In this document: one piece after another, positions 8,515-16,509 of the stretch | How positions within the stretch are numbered: position 1 is the first letter of the stretch | Layout: every line of letters starts with the position of its first letter | IMG/VR virus record: IMGVR_UViG_3300031886_000005 | Coordinates: 1-53,398 of that record | Strand: one strand, 5' to 3' | DNA from: a virus | Lineage: Duplodnaviria > Caudoviricetes | DNA length: 53,398 bases | Position numbers and translations under genes: made by a program | Notes under the pieces: model-generated | Seen by the model: only the letters and a program-made list of their open reading frames with translations | The model's database searches: none | Told to the model about the DNA's origin: nothing

Positions 8515-9805
8515 TGTTCCGCATTCAGTGCAGGCCGAGGCTGCTGTCCTCGGTTGCTGCCTGCTGGAAAACGGATGCATTGACGATGCTGCGGCGGCGT
8601 TAACACGAACTGACTTTTGGGAGATTCGTCACCAAAATCTTTTCGACCTAATCGTTAAGCTGAGAAACGATGGGTCTATCGTTGATGCAATAACAATTTT
8701 TCAAGAGGCGAAAGATGCAGTGGACGGAGGCGTTGACGCCCTTGGCGGCATAGCCTACGTCAGTTCTCTGACCAACCAAACCCCATCCGCTGCTGGGCTT
8801 CCAGCGTATGTGGCTACCGTAACCAAGAAGTCCAAGCTGCGTTCCCTTGTGCACACCGCGCAGCAAGTCCTGTCCATAGCAGGCCAAAAAGGTGATGACG
8901 AAGACCTGCTGGACGAAGCGCAGGGCAAGCTCATGGCCCTGTTGTCCACGGACAGGGAGGGAGGGTTGATCCCGTTGAAAGATGTAGTCAAGCAAGCTAT
9001 TGGCGACATTGAAGATGCTTTTGCCAATCAAGGCAAGCTAATGGGCATCCCAACGGGGTTTTCCTCCCTCGACCGCCTTACCACTGGGCTCAAGGATGGC
9101 GACATGATTGTCCTCGCTGCTCGACCCTCTCAAGGGAAGACCAGCCTTGCGCTAACCATTGCTGAAAACGCAGCAATCGAAAATAAAATTAGCACCGGAA
9201 TCCTCTCGCTTGAAATGACTTCACGTGCGTTGGTCAAGAGGATGATGGGCTCTCGCGCTGGCGTTGATGGCCATAACCTTATGAGCGGCAAGCTATCAGC
9301 TCACGAGATAACAAGGCTGTCGAGTGAGGCGGCAAAAATAGCCAGCTCGCCACTTTACATTGACCAGTCCGGAAACCTGTCAGTCGTGCAGATGATGGCG
9401 AAGGCGCGACACTTGAAGTACAAGCACAACATAAAATTTCTAATAATAGATTACCTCCAGCTAATGCACGCGAAGGCTGACTCTCGTGTGCAGGAGGTAA
9501 CTAAAATTTCTGCTGCCGTGAAGGCGGTTGCAAAGGAGCTGGACATTCCAGTGTTGGTGTTAAGCCAACTGTCTCGTCGGGTGGAAGAGCAGGACAGGAG
9601 TCCACGCCTCAGCGATTTGCGCGATAGCGGAAGCATCGAGCAGGACGCTGACGTGGTCGCCCTGCTGCATAAAACAAACGAGGATAATATAGTGGAGGTG
9701 ATTGTTGCAAAGCATCGCAACGGGCCATGCGGTGCCGTCGAGCTTGAGTTTGTCCCGCACCTCACACGATTCAAGGTTCCGGTATATGGGGTGGACGCAA
9801 AGTGA
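8489..9805 (+). CDS. dnaB: Replicative DNA helicase DnaB
   Basis: PHSVQAEAAVLG N-terminus, Walker A AARPSQGKT, SLEM, IIDYLQL, LSQLSR, SDLRDSGSIEQDAD, AKHRNG. Confidence 0.97.
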   Translation: MESTLREIDVPHSVQAEAAVLGCCLLENGCIDDAAAALTRTDFWEIRHQNLFDLIVKLRNDGSIVDAITIFQEAKDAVDGGVDALGGIAYVSSLTNQTPSAAGLPAYVATVTKKSKLRSLVHTAQQVLSIAGQKGDDEDLLDEAQGKLMALLSTDREGGLIPLKDVVKQAIGDIEDAFANQGKLMGIPTGFSSLDRLTTGLKDGDMIVLAARPSQGKTSLALTIAENAAIENKISTGILSLEMTSRALVKRMMGSRAGVDGHNLMSGKLSAHEITRLSSEAAKIASSPLYIDQSGNLSVVQMMAKARHLKYKHNIKFLIIDYLQLMHAKADSRVQEVTKISAAVKAVAKELDIPVLVLSQLSRRVEEQDRSPRLSDLRDSGSIEQDADVVALLHKTNEDNIVEVIVAKHRNGPCGAVELEFVPHLTRFKVPVYGVDAK

Positions 9806-10124
9806 TTTTATAAACTATGAGCGACTCACTGGACATCCTCATCCGTGGAATAGGCCACGTGCCAGCGTTCAAGAACAAAAAGATAATCGCTGGAAAGCGA
9901 CTGATAACACACCCAAAATGCAAAAAGTGGATGGAGGAAGCGATCAACAGTATCATCTCTCAGTTGAAATACTTGTGTCAGACAGAAGGAGGCGCGACCT
10001 CGACGGAGCCTTGGCAACAATCTGCGATTGCATTGTTACCGCAAGACGACGCATGGAAATTTATACCGAAGATAACGGTAACAGTGAAAGTGGTAAGAAA
10101 AGGGGAAGAGGGGGCAAACATTAA
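9786..10124 (+). CDS. Overlapping ORF carrying the RusA-like catalytic core
   Basis: ATG 9786 frame contains YHLSVEILVSDRRRRDLDGALATICDCIV, resembling the RusA RRRDLDN..K...D motif. Confidence 0.45.
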   Translation: MGWTQSDFINYERLTGHPHPWNRPRASVQEQKDNRWKATDNTPKMQKVDGGSDQQYHLSVEILVSDRRRRDLDGALATICDCIVTARRRMEIYTEDNGNSESGKKRGRGGKH

Positions 10125-10140
10125 GCTGACTAAAATTTAA
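9817..10140 (+). CDS. RusA-like protein (N- and C-terminal parts of the fold)
   Basis: HVPAFKNKK...LITHP at the N-terminus and PQDDAWKFIPKITV...KGEEGANIKL at the C-terminus. Confidence 0.5.
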   Translation: MSDSLDILIRGIGHVPAFKNKKIIAGKRLITHPKCKKWMEEAINSIISQLKYLCQTEGGATSTEPWQQSAIALLPQDDAWKFIPKITVTVKVVRKGEEGANIKLTKI

Positions 10141-10175
10141 GAGACGCTGGGCTCTCCCGACCACTGGTTAAGACC

Positions 10176-10697
10176 GTGGCGAGTAGAAATCGGGCACCCA
10201 GCATAATTAAACCAAATAAGAAAATGGCTAAAGAAAATAACAAACAACACGTAATAAAGGGTACGACCATATATTGGGCGAACCTACACGAAGTAAATAA
10301 GTACAGTGAGAAATATCAAGTTAACTGTACGAACCTGTCCAAGGACGACGAGAAGGCACTGAAGGCTCTTGGCTGCAAAGTGCAGGACGGAAAAGAAAAA
10401 GGCAAACCCGAGATGGGTATGTATATCGTCGCAAAGGCATCTCGCCCCGTGATGGTGGTGGACGCAGGAAAGAACACGATTGGTGATGCATCCGTTATTG
10501 GTAACGGGAGTATTGGCAACGTCTCCATTAACGCATTCGACTACGACCACCCAACTGGTGGTAAGGGTACTGGATGCGGGCTGCAAGCAGTGCAGATTGT
10601 GGAGCTTGTTGAATACTCCGCAACTGGTATGTTTGAGGAGGTTGAAGGGGGCTACACTCAGGAACCCGCTACAACGACTGAGGACTCGCCATTCTAA
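10176..10697 (+). CDS. ssb: Single-stranded DNA-binding protein, T7 gp2.5/DUF2815-like (likely start ATG 10224)
   Basis: YWANL...KYQVN...IGNGS...GLQAVQIVELVEY and an acidic tail ending EDSPF. Confidence 0.8.
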   Translation: MASRNRAPSIIKPNKKMAKENNKQHVIKGTTIYWANLHEVNKYSEKYQVNCTNLSKDDEKALKALGCKVQDGKEKGKPEMGMYIVAKASRPVMVVDAGKNTIGDASVIGNGSIGNVSINAFDYDHPTGGKGTGCGLQAVQIVELVEYSATGMFEEVEGGYTQEPATTTEDSPF

Positions 10698-10700
10698 TGA

Positions 10701-10976
10701 ATGGACGAATATGGCGTTAGGGAGCTGATAGCTTGCATAATTGAGCAGGCTGTACACGACCGCCGAAAGGCGGTTACCGAACGCTTAATCGACGATAATT
10801 GTAACCCAATCCGGTCACTCGGCTGTCGAGAGACTGAGATGGTCTCAAGTCTGAAGCCCTTCTTTGAACAGGGAGGAGGACTGGAAACAGTAGCCGACGT
10901 GGCTGGATTCGGGTTGCCGTTGGAAGAAATAAGGAGGATAAGTAATGAACCATATGATAGATGTGAGAAAGGGTAA
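10701..10976 (+). CDS. Hypothetical protein
   Basis: 91-aa ORF in the replication operon (LIACIIEQAVHD). Confidence 0.6.
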   Translation: MDEYGVRELIACIIEQAVHDRRKAVTERLIDDNCNPIRSLGCRETEMVSSLKPFFEQGGGLETVADVAGFGLPLEEIRRISNEPYDRCEKG

Positions 10977-12033
10977 GCCCTCAGCATCGGACGCAGAATC
11001 AAATGAGCTTTGCCCCGGAAGACACGCGATGTCTTTAGGGATGAAAGACCAGCCGACTCCGCAGTCCATGACAGGGGACAAAATTCACCAGTGGCTATTC
11101 GACCCAACAAGCGTTGAGCTTGACGGGTACGACTTGGTCATCGGAAGGAAATGCCTGCAACAACGCGAGGCACTACTAGATTTAATGTGGGACGACTGGA
11201 GGACTAACCCTCCCAAGATCGTTCAAGAGGAGCGACTGTGGTATAGGAACGAGAAGTTCAGCGGCGTACCCGACTTCGTAGCCATACGTGACGGCATCTG
11301 CCTCATCGCTGACTACAAGACCGGAAACATCAAGGTCGCCAACGCCGCTGAGAACCGTCAGCTATTGTGGTTGGCCGTGCTGGTCAACAATAAATTCAGA
11401 GTCAAGGAAATCACCACCAGCGTCATACAGCCCACAGTCGGGCCAGCTACATCTTACACATACGACAAGAGAGCACTGACCAAGGCTCGCAACAGGGTCA
11501 ACGCCGTTCTAAGGCGAATGAATGAGGGTGCCGCATTCCTGCGGGCTGGCGAGAAGCAATGCAAATACTGCAAGGCCAAGGAGCTTTGTCCAGCATTGCA
11601 ATCCAAGGCCACCGCTATCACACGAGTTAAGGACGTTGAAGCCCTCACACCATACCAGCTATCCGAGGCTATGGACGTTATTCCAGCCCTCAGAGCCATG
11701 TGCACCTCCATCGAGGAGCACGTCAAAGAGCTGCTGTCAGATCACCCTCAAGCTGTACCAACCTACGAATTAGTCGCAGGCAGAACCACAAGGGCCATTA
11801 AAGAGCCCCAGCTGGCTGCTGAGAGGCTTTTAAGCGAGGGCGTGGTATCAGAGAGCGGATTGATGCAAAGCGTCTCCATATCGCTTCCTAAGCTCAATAA
11901 GCAGGTGCAGCAATATGGGGAGATGGGATATGGCGATGCCGCTAAGGCGGTCAATACTTGTCTGCATGACTTAATCGAAGAAAAAGAAGGAAAGGCCAAG
12001 CTATGCCGTCGAGAATCATCCGAGATGGAATAA
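10945..12033 (+). CDS. Cas4-like PD-(D/E)XK exonuclease (DUF2800-like)
   Basis: CPG near the N-terminus, GDKIH, SGVPDF, IADYKTG, QL, and Cys cluster CKYCKAKELCP. Confidence 0.85.
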   Translation: MNHMIDVRKGKPSASDAESNELCPGRHAMSLGMKDQPTPQSMTGDKIHQWLFDPTSVELDGYDLVIGRKCLQQREALLDLMWDDWRTNPPKIVQEERLWYRNEKFSGVPDFVAIRDGICLIADYKTGNIKVANAAENRQLLWLAVLVNNKFRVKEITTSVIQPTVGPATSYTYDKRALTKARNRVNAVLRRMNEGAAFLRAGEKQCKYCKAKELCPALQSKATAITRVKDVEALTPYQLSEAMDVIPALRAMCTSIEEHVKELLSDHPQAVPTYELVAGRTTRAIKEPQLAAERLLSEGVVSESGLMQSVSISLPKLNKQVQQYGEMGYGDAAKAVNTCLHDLIEEKEGKAKLCRRESSEME

Positions 12034-12686
12034 TCGAGTCGGTGGCCGTCAACAACCTACCTTGGGAGGCGGAGCTATTCTATCGACGCTTAATGTCTGT
12101 AGTAGACGATTATGGTCGGTATAGCTCGCTGCCGCAACTTCTGGTCAGTCGCTGTTACCCGCTTCAGGTGAATAAGGTCACCACAGATCAGGTTAGTGCT
12201 TGGTTAAATTTATGTACCAAACAAAACTTAATCGTACTTTACCAGTGCTCAAACGGTAAGCCATTGTTAGAGATTCAACAGTTCAACCAAAGAACTAGAA
12301 CACCTTCAAAATTTCCCGAAAATTTGGGCAAATCCTGCAAGCGTATTACAGATGCCCGTCAGTTGACGGTGGAAGACGAAGACGAAGTCGAAGACGAAGA
12401 CGATATTAAACCAAAAACCAAGGCAAGTAAAAAGGCCCATTTGATTCCAGACACGTGGAAACCTAACGACAACCATGTTAAAGCCTGTGAAGACTTAAAC
12501 GTGGATGTGCTTAGGGCCGCACAGGACTTTATGGACTGGGCCATTGGAGGCGGTAAAACCTATGTATGCTGGGACAGGACGTTCTCTAGAGCCATCAGAG
12601 GGTGGTTGGGCGAGAAGAAGTCAGTCAAGGTAAACAGAGGCACCACCTTAGACCCGCTTGGTAAACCTATAAGGAAATGGAAATGA
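12003..12686 (+). CDS. Replisome organiser / replication initiation protein
   Basis: MPSRIIRDGI...AELFYRRLMSVVDDYGR N-terminal pattern, acidic linker and DnaT-like C-terminus (IPDTWKP...FMDWA...WDRTF). Confidence 0.7.
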   Translation: MPSRIIRDGIIESVAVNNLPWEAELFYRRLMSVVDDYGRYSSLPQLLVSRCYPLQVNKVTTDQVSAWLNLCTKQNLIVLYQCSNGKPLLEIQQFNQRTRTPSKFPENLGKSCKRITDARQLTVEDEDEVEDEDDIKPKTKASKKAHLIPDTWKPNDNHVKACEDLNVDVLRAAQDFMDWAIGGGKTYVCWDRTFSRAIRGWLGEKKSVKVNRGTTLDPLGKPIRKWK

Positions 12687-12850
12687 TCGGGTACGATGGA
12701 AAGCCAATATCAGCCAGTGGTAAAGGCAGCAAGCAACGCCATGCTGGCAAGCAGCAATACGACAAAAACTATGACGCTATTGATTGGGGGCGGCGGAAGC
12801 GGGCTCATAAGCCTACTTCATCCGGTAAACAATCACAGAAGCGGCAATAG
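12683..12850 (+). CDS. Small phage protein (55 aa)
   Basis: Translated by hand. ATGA overlap with the previous gene. GKGSKQR...YDKNYDAIDWG motif is common in small phage proteins. Confidence 0.6.
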   Translation: MIGYDGKPISASGKGSKQRHAGKQQYDKNYDAIDWGRRKRAHKPTSSGKQSQKRQ

Positions 12851-12957
12851 CAGCGATGACAGTAGCGAAGCACTGAACAACAGCCATTGCTAAGAACAAC
12901 ATTGAAATCATATCCATACTCATACTTGTTAGACGATGTTAATAACCTAAACACTTT

Positions 12958-13029
12958 GGGGCAGGGTGGGAACCTACAGGGAGTCCTCCTTTCCCGCGAA
13001 AGCGGGTCTTATCCCTCCCGCCTTGTCCC
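12958..13029 (+). ncRNA. Structured intergenic RNA candidate
   Basis: 14-bp stem 12958-12971/13016-13029 with three G-U wobbles, enclosing a CCCGC-GAAA-GCGGG GNRA hairpin. Confidence 0.4.
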
Positions 13030-13041
13030 TATTATATTACT

Positions 13042-13599
13042 ATGAAGCTAGACGCGCAAACGCCACGTGGTAAAAATGCTCTCAAGTGGGCTCGACGAGG
13101 TCTCAGGGCTTGGGCACGAGACAACCCACGATACTGTTATATGCAGACGAATGAGGAGACCTACGCCGATTTAGACGCTGTCATAGGGATTCCCAGTGTC
13201 TGCTTCCCTAAAGACGTAGACACAAACGTCGCTGCCCATATGCTCTACGTCAGTGCCGAGGTGGATCATGTGCTGGAAGCAAAGGCTAGAGACATGACAA
13301 AGGAGAAGTTCTTCGGGGAATACAAGGGCACATGGCTGGTTACATACGATAAACTGAAGAGATGCTTCGATACAGCCTTCTCTCTAAGGACAAACTTCTA
13401 TGGCCTCCTAGTGCTTATACCGGATAAAGTGTGTTACCACAGGATTTTGGCCGAATACAACGAGGAAACCGGAGGACTAGAATGGGTGGTGCCGTTCAAG
13501 GTGATGGAAACTGAGACTCAAAAGAACATCAACGGAGGCTCAGCATTAAGAGAAAACGCCTACATAGATATGAACGGGGTGGACGAGATCGTGATTTGA
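13042..13599 (+). CDS. Putative PD-(D/E)XK-fold nuclease
   Basis: ADLDAVI...VLEAKAR pattern, 185 aa. Confidence 0.5.
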   Translation: MKLDAQTPRGKNALKWARRGLRAWARDNPRYCYMQTNEETYADLDAVIGIPSVCFPKDVDTNVAAHMLYVSAEVDHVLEAKARDMTKEKFFGEYKGTWLVTYDKLKRCFDTAFSLRTNFYGLLVLIPDKVCYHRILAEYNEETGGLEWVVPFKVMETETQKNINGGSALRENAYIDMNGVDEIVI

Positions 13600-13679
13600 G
13601 AACCTTCTATCTCATCATAGACCTTTCCCTAGTAGCCTTCTTCCTGTACTACGTGTACCGACTAGCAACAGTATAACAC

Positions 13680-13880
13680 ATGACCGACAACGTGCGACCA
13701 TATGACCGACAAGAGTGGGTCAAGATTGCCAATGAGTGGCTATTGGACAAGCACGCCGACTCTTCCATGCTCGAAACCGCCTACATAGCTCTACGCATAG
13801 ATGAGCCCGAACTGGCCGAGAAATGCCAAATCGAATACAAAAGACGCAGGGCACTTGCGCGGTCTCGAATGGATCGCTAA
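13680..13880 (+). CDS. Hypothetical protein
   Basis: 66-aa ORF in the operon. Confidence 0.55.
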   Translation: MTDNVRPYDRQEWVKIANEWLLDKHADSSMLETAYIALRIDEPELAEKCQIEYKRRRALARSRMDR

Positions 13881-13889
13881 CCTCTGTGA

Positions 13890-14147
13890 ATGGGGGTAAA
13901 GAGATTTCCGAAAGAGGGCAAGCTATGCAAGGTGTATTGGACAGATGTCACAGGGCACATCAACGAGGTAGCTAAGAAGGCCAAACCCGCACCCGCCATC
14001 ACCGTGGGATACATGCACAAGGAGTTTGATGATTATATCGTCATAGCCTCCTCATACTTCATCGAACCAGTTAAGGACGAGGATGAGCGTGAGGGAGACT
14101 TTACAGCCCTACCCAAAGGCATGATCACCAAAATAGAGCTTCTCTAG
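13890..14147 (+). CDS. Hypothetical phage protein
   Basis: 85 aa, VYWTD...TVGY...IASSY...LPKGMITKI pattern common near terminase genes. Confidence 0.65.
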   Translation: MGVKRFPKEGKLCKVYWTDVTGHINEVAKKAKPAPAITVGYMHKEFDDYIVIASSYFIEPVKDEDEREGDFTALPKGMITKIELL

Positions 14148-14647
14148 TCTACCTCAACTATCTCAGCGGTCTTACGGTTCGAGGGCAACGCAGCCATGAC
14201 ATTGATGTTGATCAACGGCTTGTTCGATGTCTCCTCCACCTTGTGTATCTTCCGCATCTGATCATCCAGCTTAACCCATGCCTCAATAGCCCCTCTCATC
14301 GCCTGCAGGTTCCCCTGCGTCATAGCAGACACCGCAGATTGAAACAGCGTATACAGCTTGTCACCAGTCTCCATAGACCTCTTTACATGCTCTTCCCCTG
14401 TCTTCACCACGATCTTCGATAACTCACTGTTCTGCTTCTCAGCCTGTTTCGTTATCTCAGCCGCCACAGCCTCACGAGCTTCCGATTGCAGCTTCTCTCT
14501 TTGCTGGAACCAGTTTTCCTTCGATGACCTCTTAGCTAGATAGGCATAACTCATGTCATGCTTCTTCGCTATGTCGCGTAACGATACATTGCTACGAGTG
14601 AACTCACTATGAATCTCATCCCAGTCGTATTTCTTCCTATTCGCCAT
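14144..14647 (-). CDS. Terminase small subunit-like HTH protein
   Basis: YDWDEIHSEF...SLRDIAKKH...KRSSKENW HTH, helical oligomerisation region, ININV C-terminal strand. Confidence 0.6.
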   Translation of the reverse strand: MANRKKYDWDEIHSEFTRSNVSLRDIAKKHDMSYAYLAKRSSKENWFQQREKLQSEAREAVAAEITKQAEKQNSELSKIVVKTGEEHVKRSMETGDKLYTLFQSAVSAMTQGNLQAMRGAIEAWVKLDDQMRKIHKVEETSNKPLININVMAALPSNRKTAEIVEVD

Positions 14648-14886
14648 AGGTCAACAATATAGGGAAAACCCCAAAAAATCACAAACACCATATAATATAA
14701 CGCACCCCTACCCAAAGGGGGGGTGGGCGTGGGCGCACACGCTGGTCTAATAGTTACTGGTTAGGCCAATAGCCTAACATAACAGTTGCCGTATAGTATT
14801 GGATAGGTCGAAAGGTTAATCGAACTGACTTTCTTAAGACGAGTGTCTTAAGAATACTAAACCACTAACAAAAAAGGTAAAGTAAT

Positions 14887-15447
14887 ATGAAGATCGAGAT
14901 TAACCTAGATACCGAGTCCATCAAAGCAAACAACAAAGTCAGCGCATCCAACGCAGGCTTGGCCGTTGTTCAAACCGTCGTCGTCGGCAAGCTGCTGCGC
15001 GAAAAGCTCCAAACCGAGCAAAACCGCGTTGTTAAGCAGTACGGCCTAAACGAAGGTTTGACCGTGGGTAAAAACGCGAGCGGCAAAGGCAGCTTGTGGG
15101 CGAAAGCTCGCGCTCAGCTGTCACGTGCAATCAAGGCACAGGCTGAGGGCAAGGGCGTTGGATTCTCGGATGACAAGTCCGCAGATCGCGCGGCCAATCG
15201 TGCGCTAAATGCAGCCGGGTTTATATCCCGCGAAAGCAAAGTGCAAAAAGATTGGGACAAGGCGGTTGTTGAGATGGCGATGAACAAATGCGCCACACGT
15301 GACAAGGACAACAAAATCACTGATGTTGATTTTGATGAGGTCGTCGCTTACCTAGGCGGCGAGGAGTCCGATGCGGGTAAAGCTGCAATCACGTACTTCG
15401 ATGAACTCGCAGAAAAACGGTTCGGGTTAGAGCTTGAAACAGCCTAA
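14887..15447 (+). CDS. Hypothetical early protein
   Basis: 186 aa. Preceded by a palindrome and A-rich leader with AAGG, followed by a terminator. Confidence 0.75.
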   Translation: MKIEINLDTESIKANNKVSASNAGLAVVQTVVVGKLLREKLQTEQNRVVKQYGLNEGLTVGKNASGKGSLWAKARAQLSRAIKAQAEGKGVGFSDDKSADRAANRALNAAGFISRESKVQKDWDKAVVEMAMNKCATRDKDNKITDVDFDEVVAYLGGEESDAGKAAITYFDELAEKRFGLELETA

Positions 15448-15452
15448 TTCGT

Positions 15453-15488
15453 TGGGAGGTCGCGCAAGCGGCCTCCCATTTCACTTTC
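15453..15488 (+). terminator. Intrinsic terminator
   Basis: TGGGAGGTCGC-GCAA-GCGGCCTCCCA followed by TTTCACTTTC. Confidence 0.75.
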
Positions 15489-15548
15489 AAAAAAAAAGAC
15501 TTTCTTAAGACAGCTGTCTTAAGGCTAACAACAACAAAAGGAATAGAT

Positions 15549-15698
15549 ATGAGTACAATGAAGAACGCAACCGAGAAGGAAGTCAGGGATGAGATGGCAA
15601 AATGCCTGCGAACCGCACGCAAAAGCGGGGACAAAGAGGAGCTTAAAATAGTTAGAGGATTAGTGCGGTACGTGCTGAGGATTTACACAACTTCTTAA
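15549..15698 (+). CDS. Small hypothetical protein (49 aa)
   Basis: Translated by hand (MSTMKNATEKEVRDEMAK...). AAGGA RBS, stop codon lies inside the next palindrome. Confidence 0.6.
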   Translation: MSTMKNATEKEVRDEMAKCLRTARKSGDKEELKIVRGLVRYVLRIYTTS

Positions 15699-15732
15699 GA
15701 CGAGTGTCTTAAGACTAACAATAGGAGAACAT

Positions 15733-15969
15733 ATGAAATACATCATTGATCTATACACAGGCGAGATGAGGCTAGTTGGAGATGAGGAGTTCGACAGAGT
15801 CGTTAACGGTGCGGGCGTTAACAAGGGGCGATTCCCGCTTCCGAAGCGCAAAGGTAAGCACGGCACCGTGTACGGTGGACTGGACAGCAAGACAGGCAAG
15901 CCGATTCACTTTAAGGTAGGCATTGAACTCGATCTTAAGACACCTGTCTTAAGGAAGTGTCTCAAGTAA
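15733..15969 (+). CDS. Hypothetical protein
   Basis: 78 aa with an AGGAG RBS after the palindrome. Confidence 0.65.
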   Translation: MKYIIDLYTGEMRLVGDEEFDRVVNGAGVNKGRFPLPKRKGKHGTVYGGLDSKTGKPIHFKVGIELDLKTPVLRKCLK

Positions 15970-15978
15970 TCACAATTT

Positions 15979-16089
15979 AGGGAGAGGGCCACGTGTATCG
16001 AGGCGAGAGCCTAGCCATCATCCGATTACCCTTGGATGCTGGAGTTGCGTGGTTGGTGTAGCGGGTAAGCAACACCTTCACCTCTCCCT
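15979..16089 (+). ncRNA. Multi-stem structured RNA candidate with kissing loops
   Basis: Five stems readable by eye, a GAGA tetraloop, and two complementary loops (TTACCC 16026-16031, GGGTAA 16063-16068). Confidence 0.65.
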
Positions 16090-16147
16090 TGCCAATTTCT
16101 TAAGACACCTGTCTTAAGGATGACAACAACAAACAAAAAGAAAGGCA

Positions 16148-16302
16148 TCGGTGTTAAGTATGCACACAGGAGTGTAACTGCACCGACACGACACTAGCGA
16201 ACATGGCAGACGTTGAGACTAGTGCGTGACATGTATGAACGAGCTGCCCGCACCCCGCATCAGTGGAGTGATGCCATCACAGAAACTGATGAGCCGTCGG
16301 GG
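16148..16302 (+). ncRNA. Three-hairpin non-coding segment between two palindromes
   Basis: Stems at 16148-16186, 16187-16228 and 16253-16302. No convincing plus-strand ORF. Confidence 0.4.
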
Positions 16303-16359
16303 ACTATTTCTTAAGACGAGTGTCTTAAGGCAACAACAACAACAAACATAGGAGAGCAT

Positions 16360-16509
16360 ATGAAATACATAAGAATGGCGTGCCAAAACACGCTTGTATA
16401 TACCACGTGGCAATGGAGCTGGAGATACATGGAATGGCAAAGGCTGTCCATATCTCACACAGTATGGGATGCCACACGCAACCCGCTCAAAGTATGGAGG
16501 CAGCGATGA
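16360..16509 (+). CDS. Small Trp-rich hypothetical protein (49 aa)
   Basis: AGGAG RBS after palindrome and CAA-rich leader. ATGA overlap with the next gene. Confidence 0.5.
   Translation: MKYIRMACQNTLVYTTWQWSWRYMEWQRLSISHTVWDATRNPLKVWRQR

Noticed and set aside
10945-12033. Cas4 as an adaptation module for the array
   Set aside because: It lies in the replication operon beside SSB, the normal context for DUF2800-like phage exonucleases, about 7 kb from the module.
15979-16089. tRNA gene
   Set aside because: No T-loop GTTC motif or 7-nt anticodon loop, and the stem arrangement is not a cloverleaf.
16280-16310. Hammerhead ribozyme suggested by CTGATGAG and GAAAC
   Set aside because: GAAA lies directly before CTGATGA rather than after a stem II, and CTGATG is paired in a hairpin with CATCAG.
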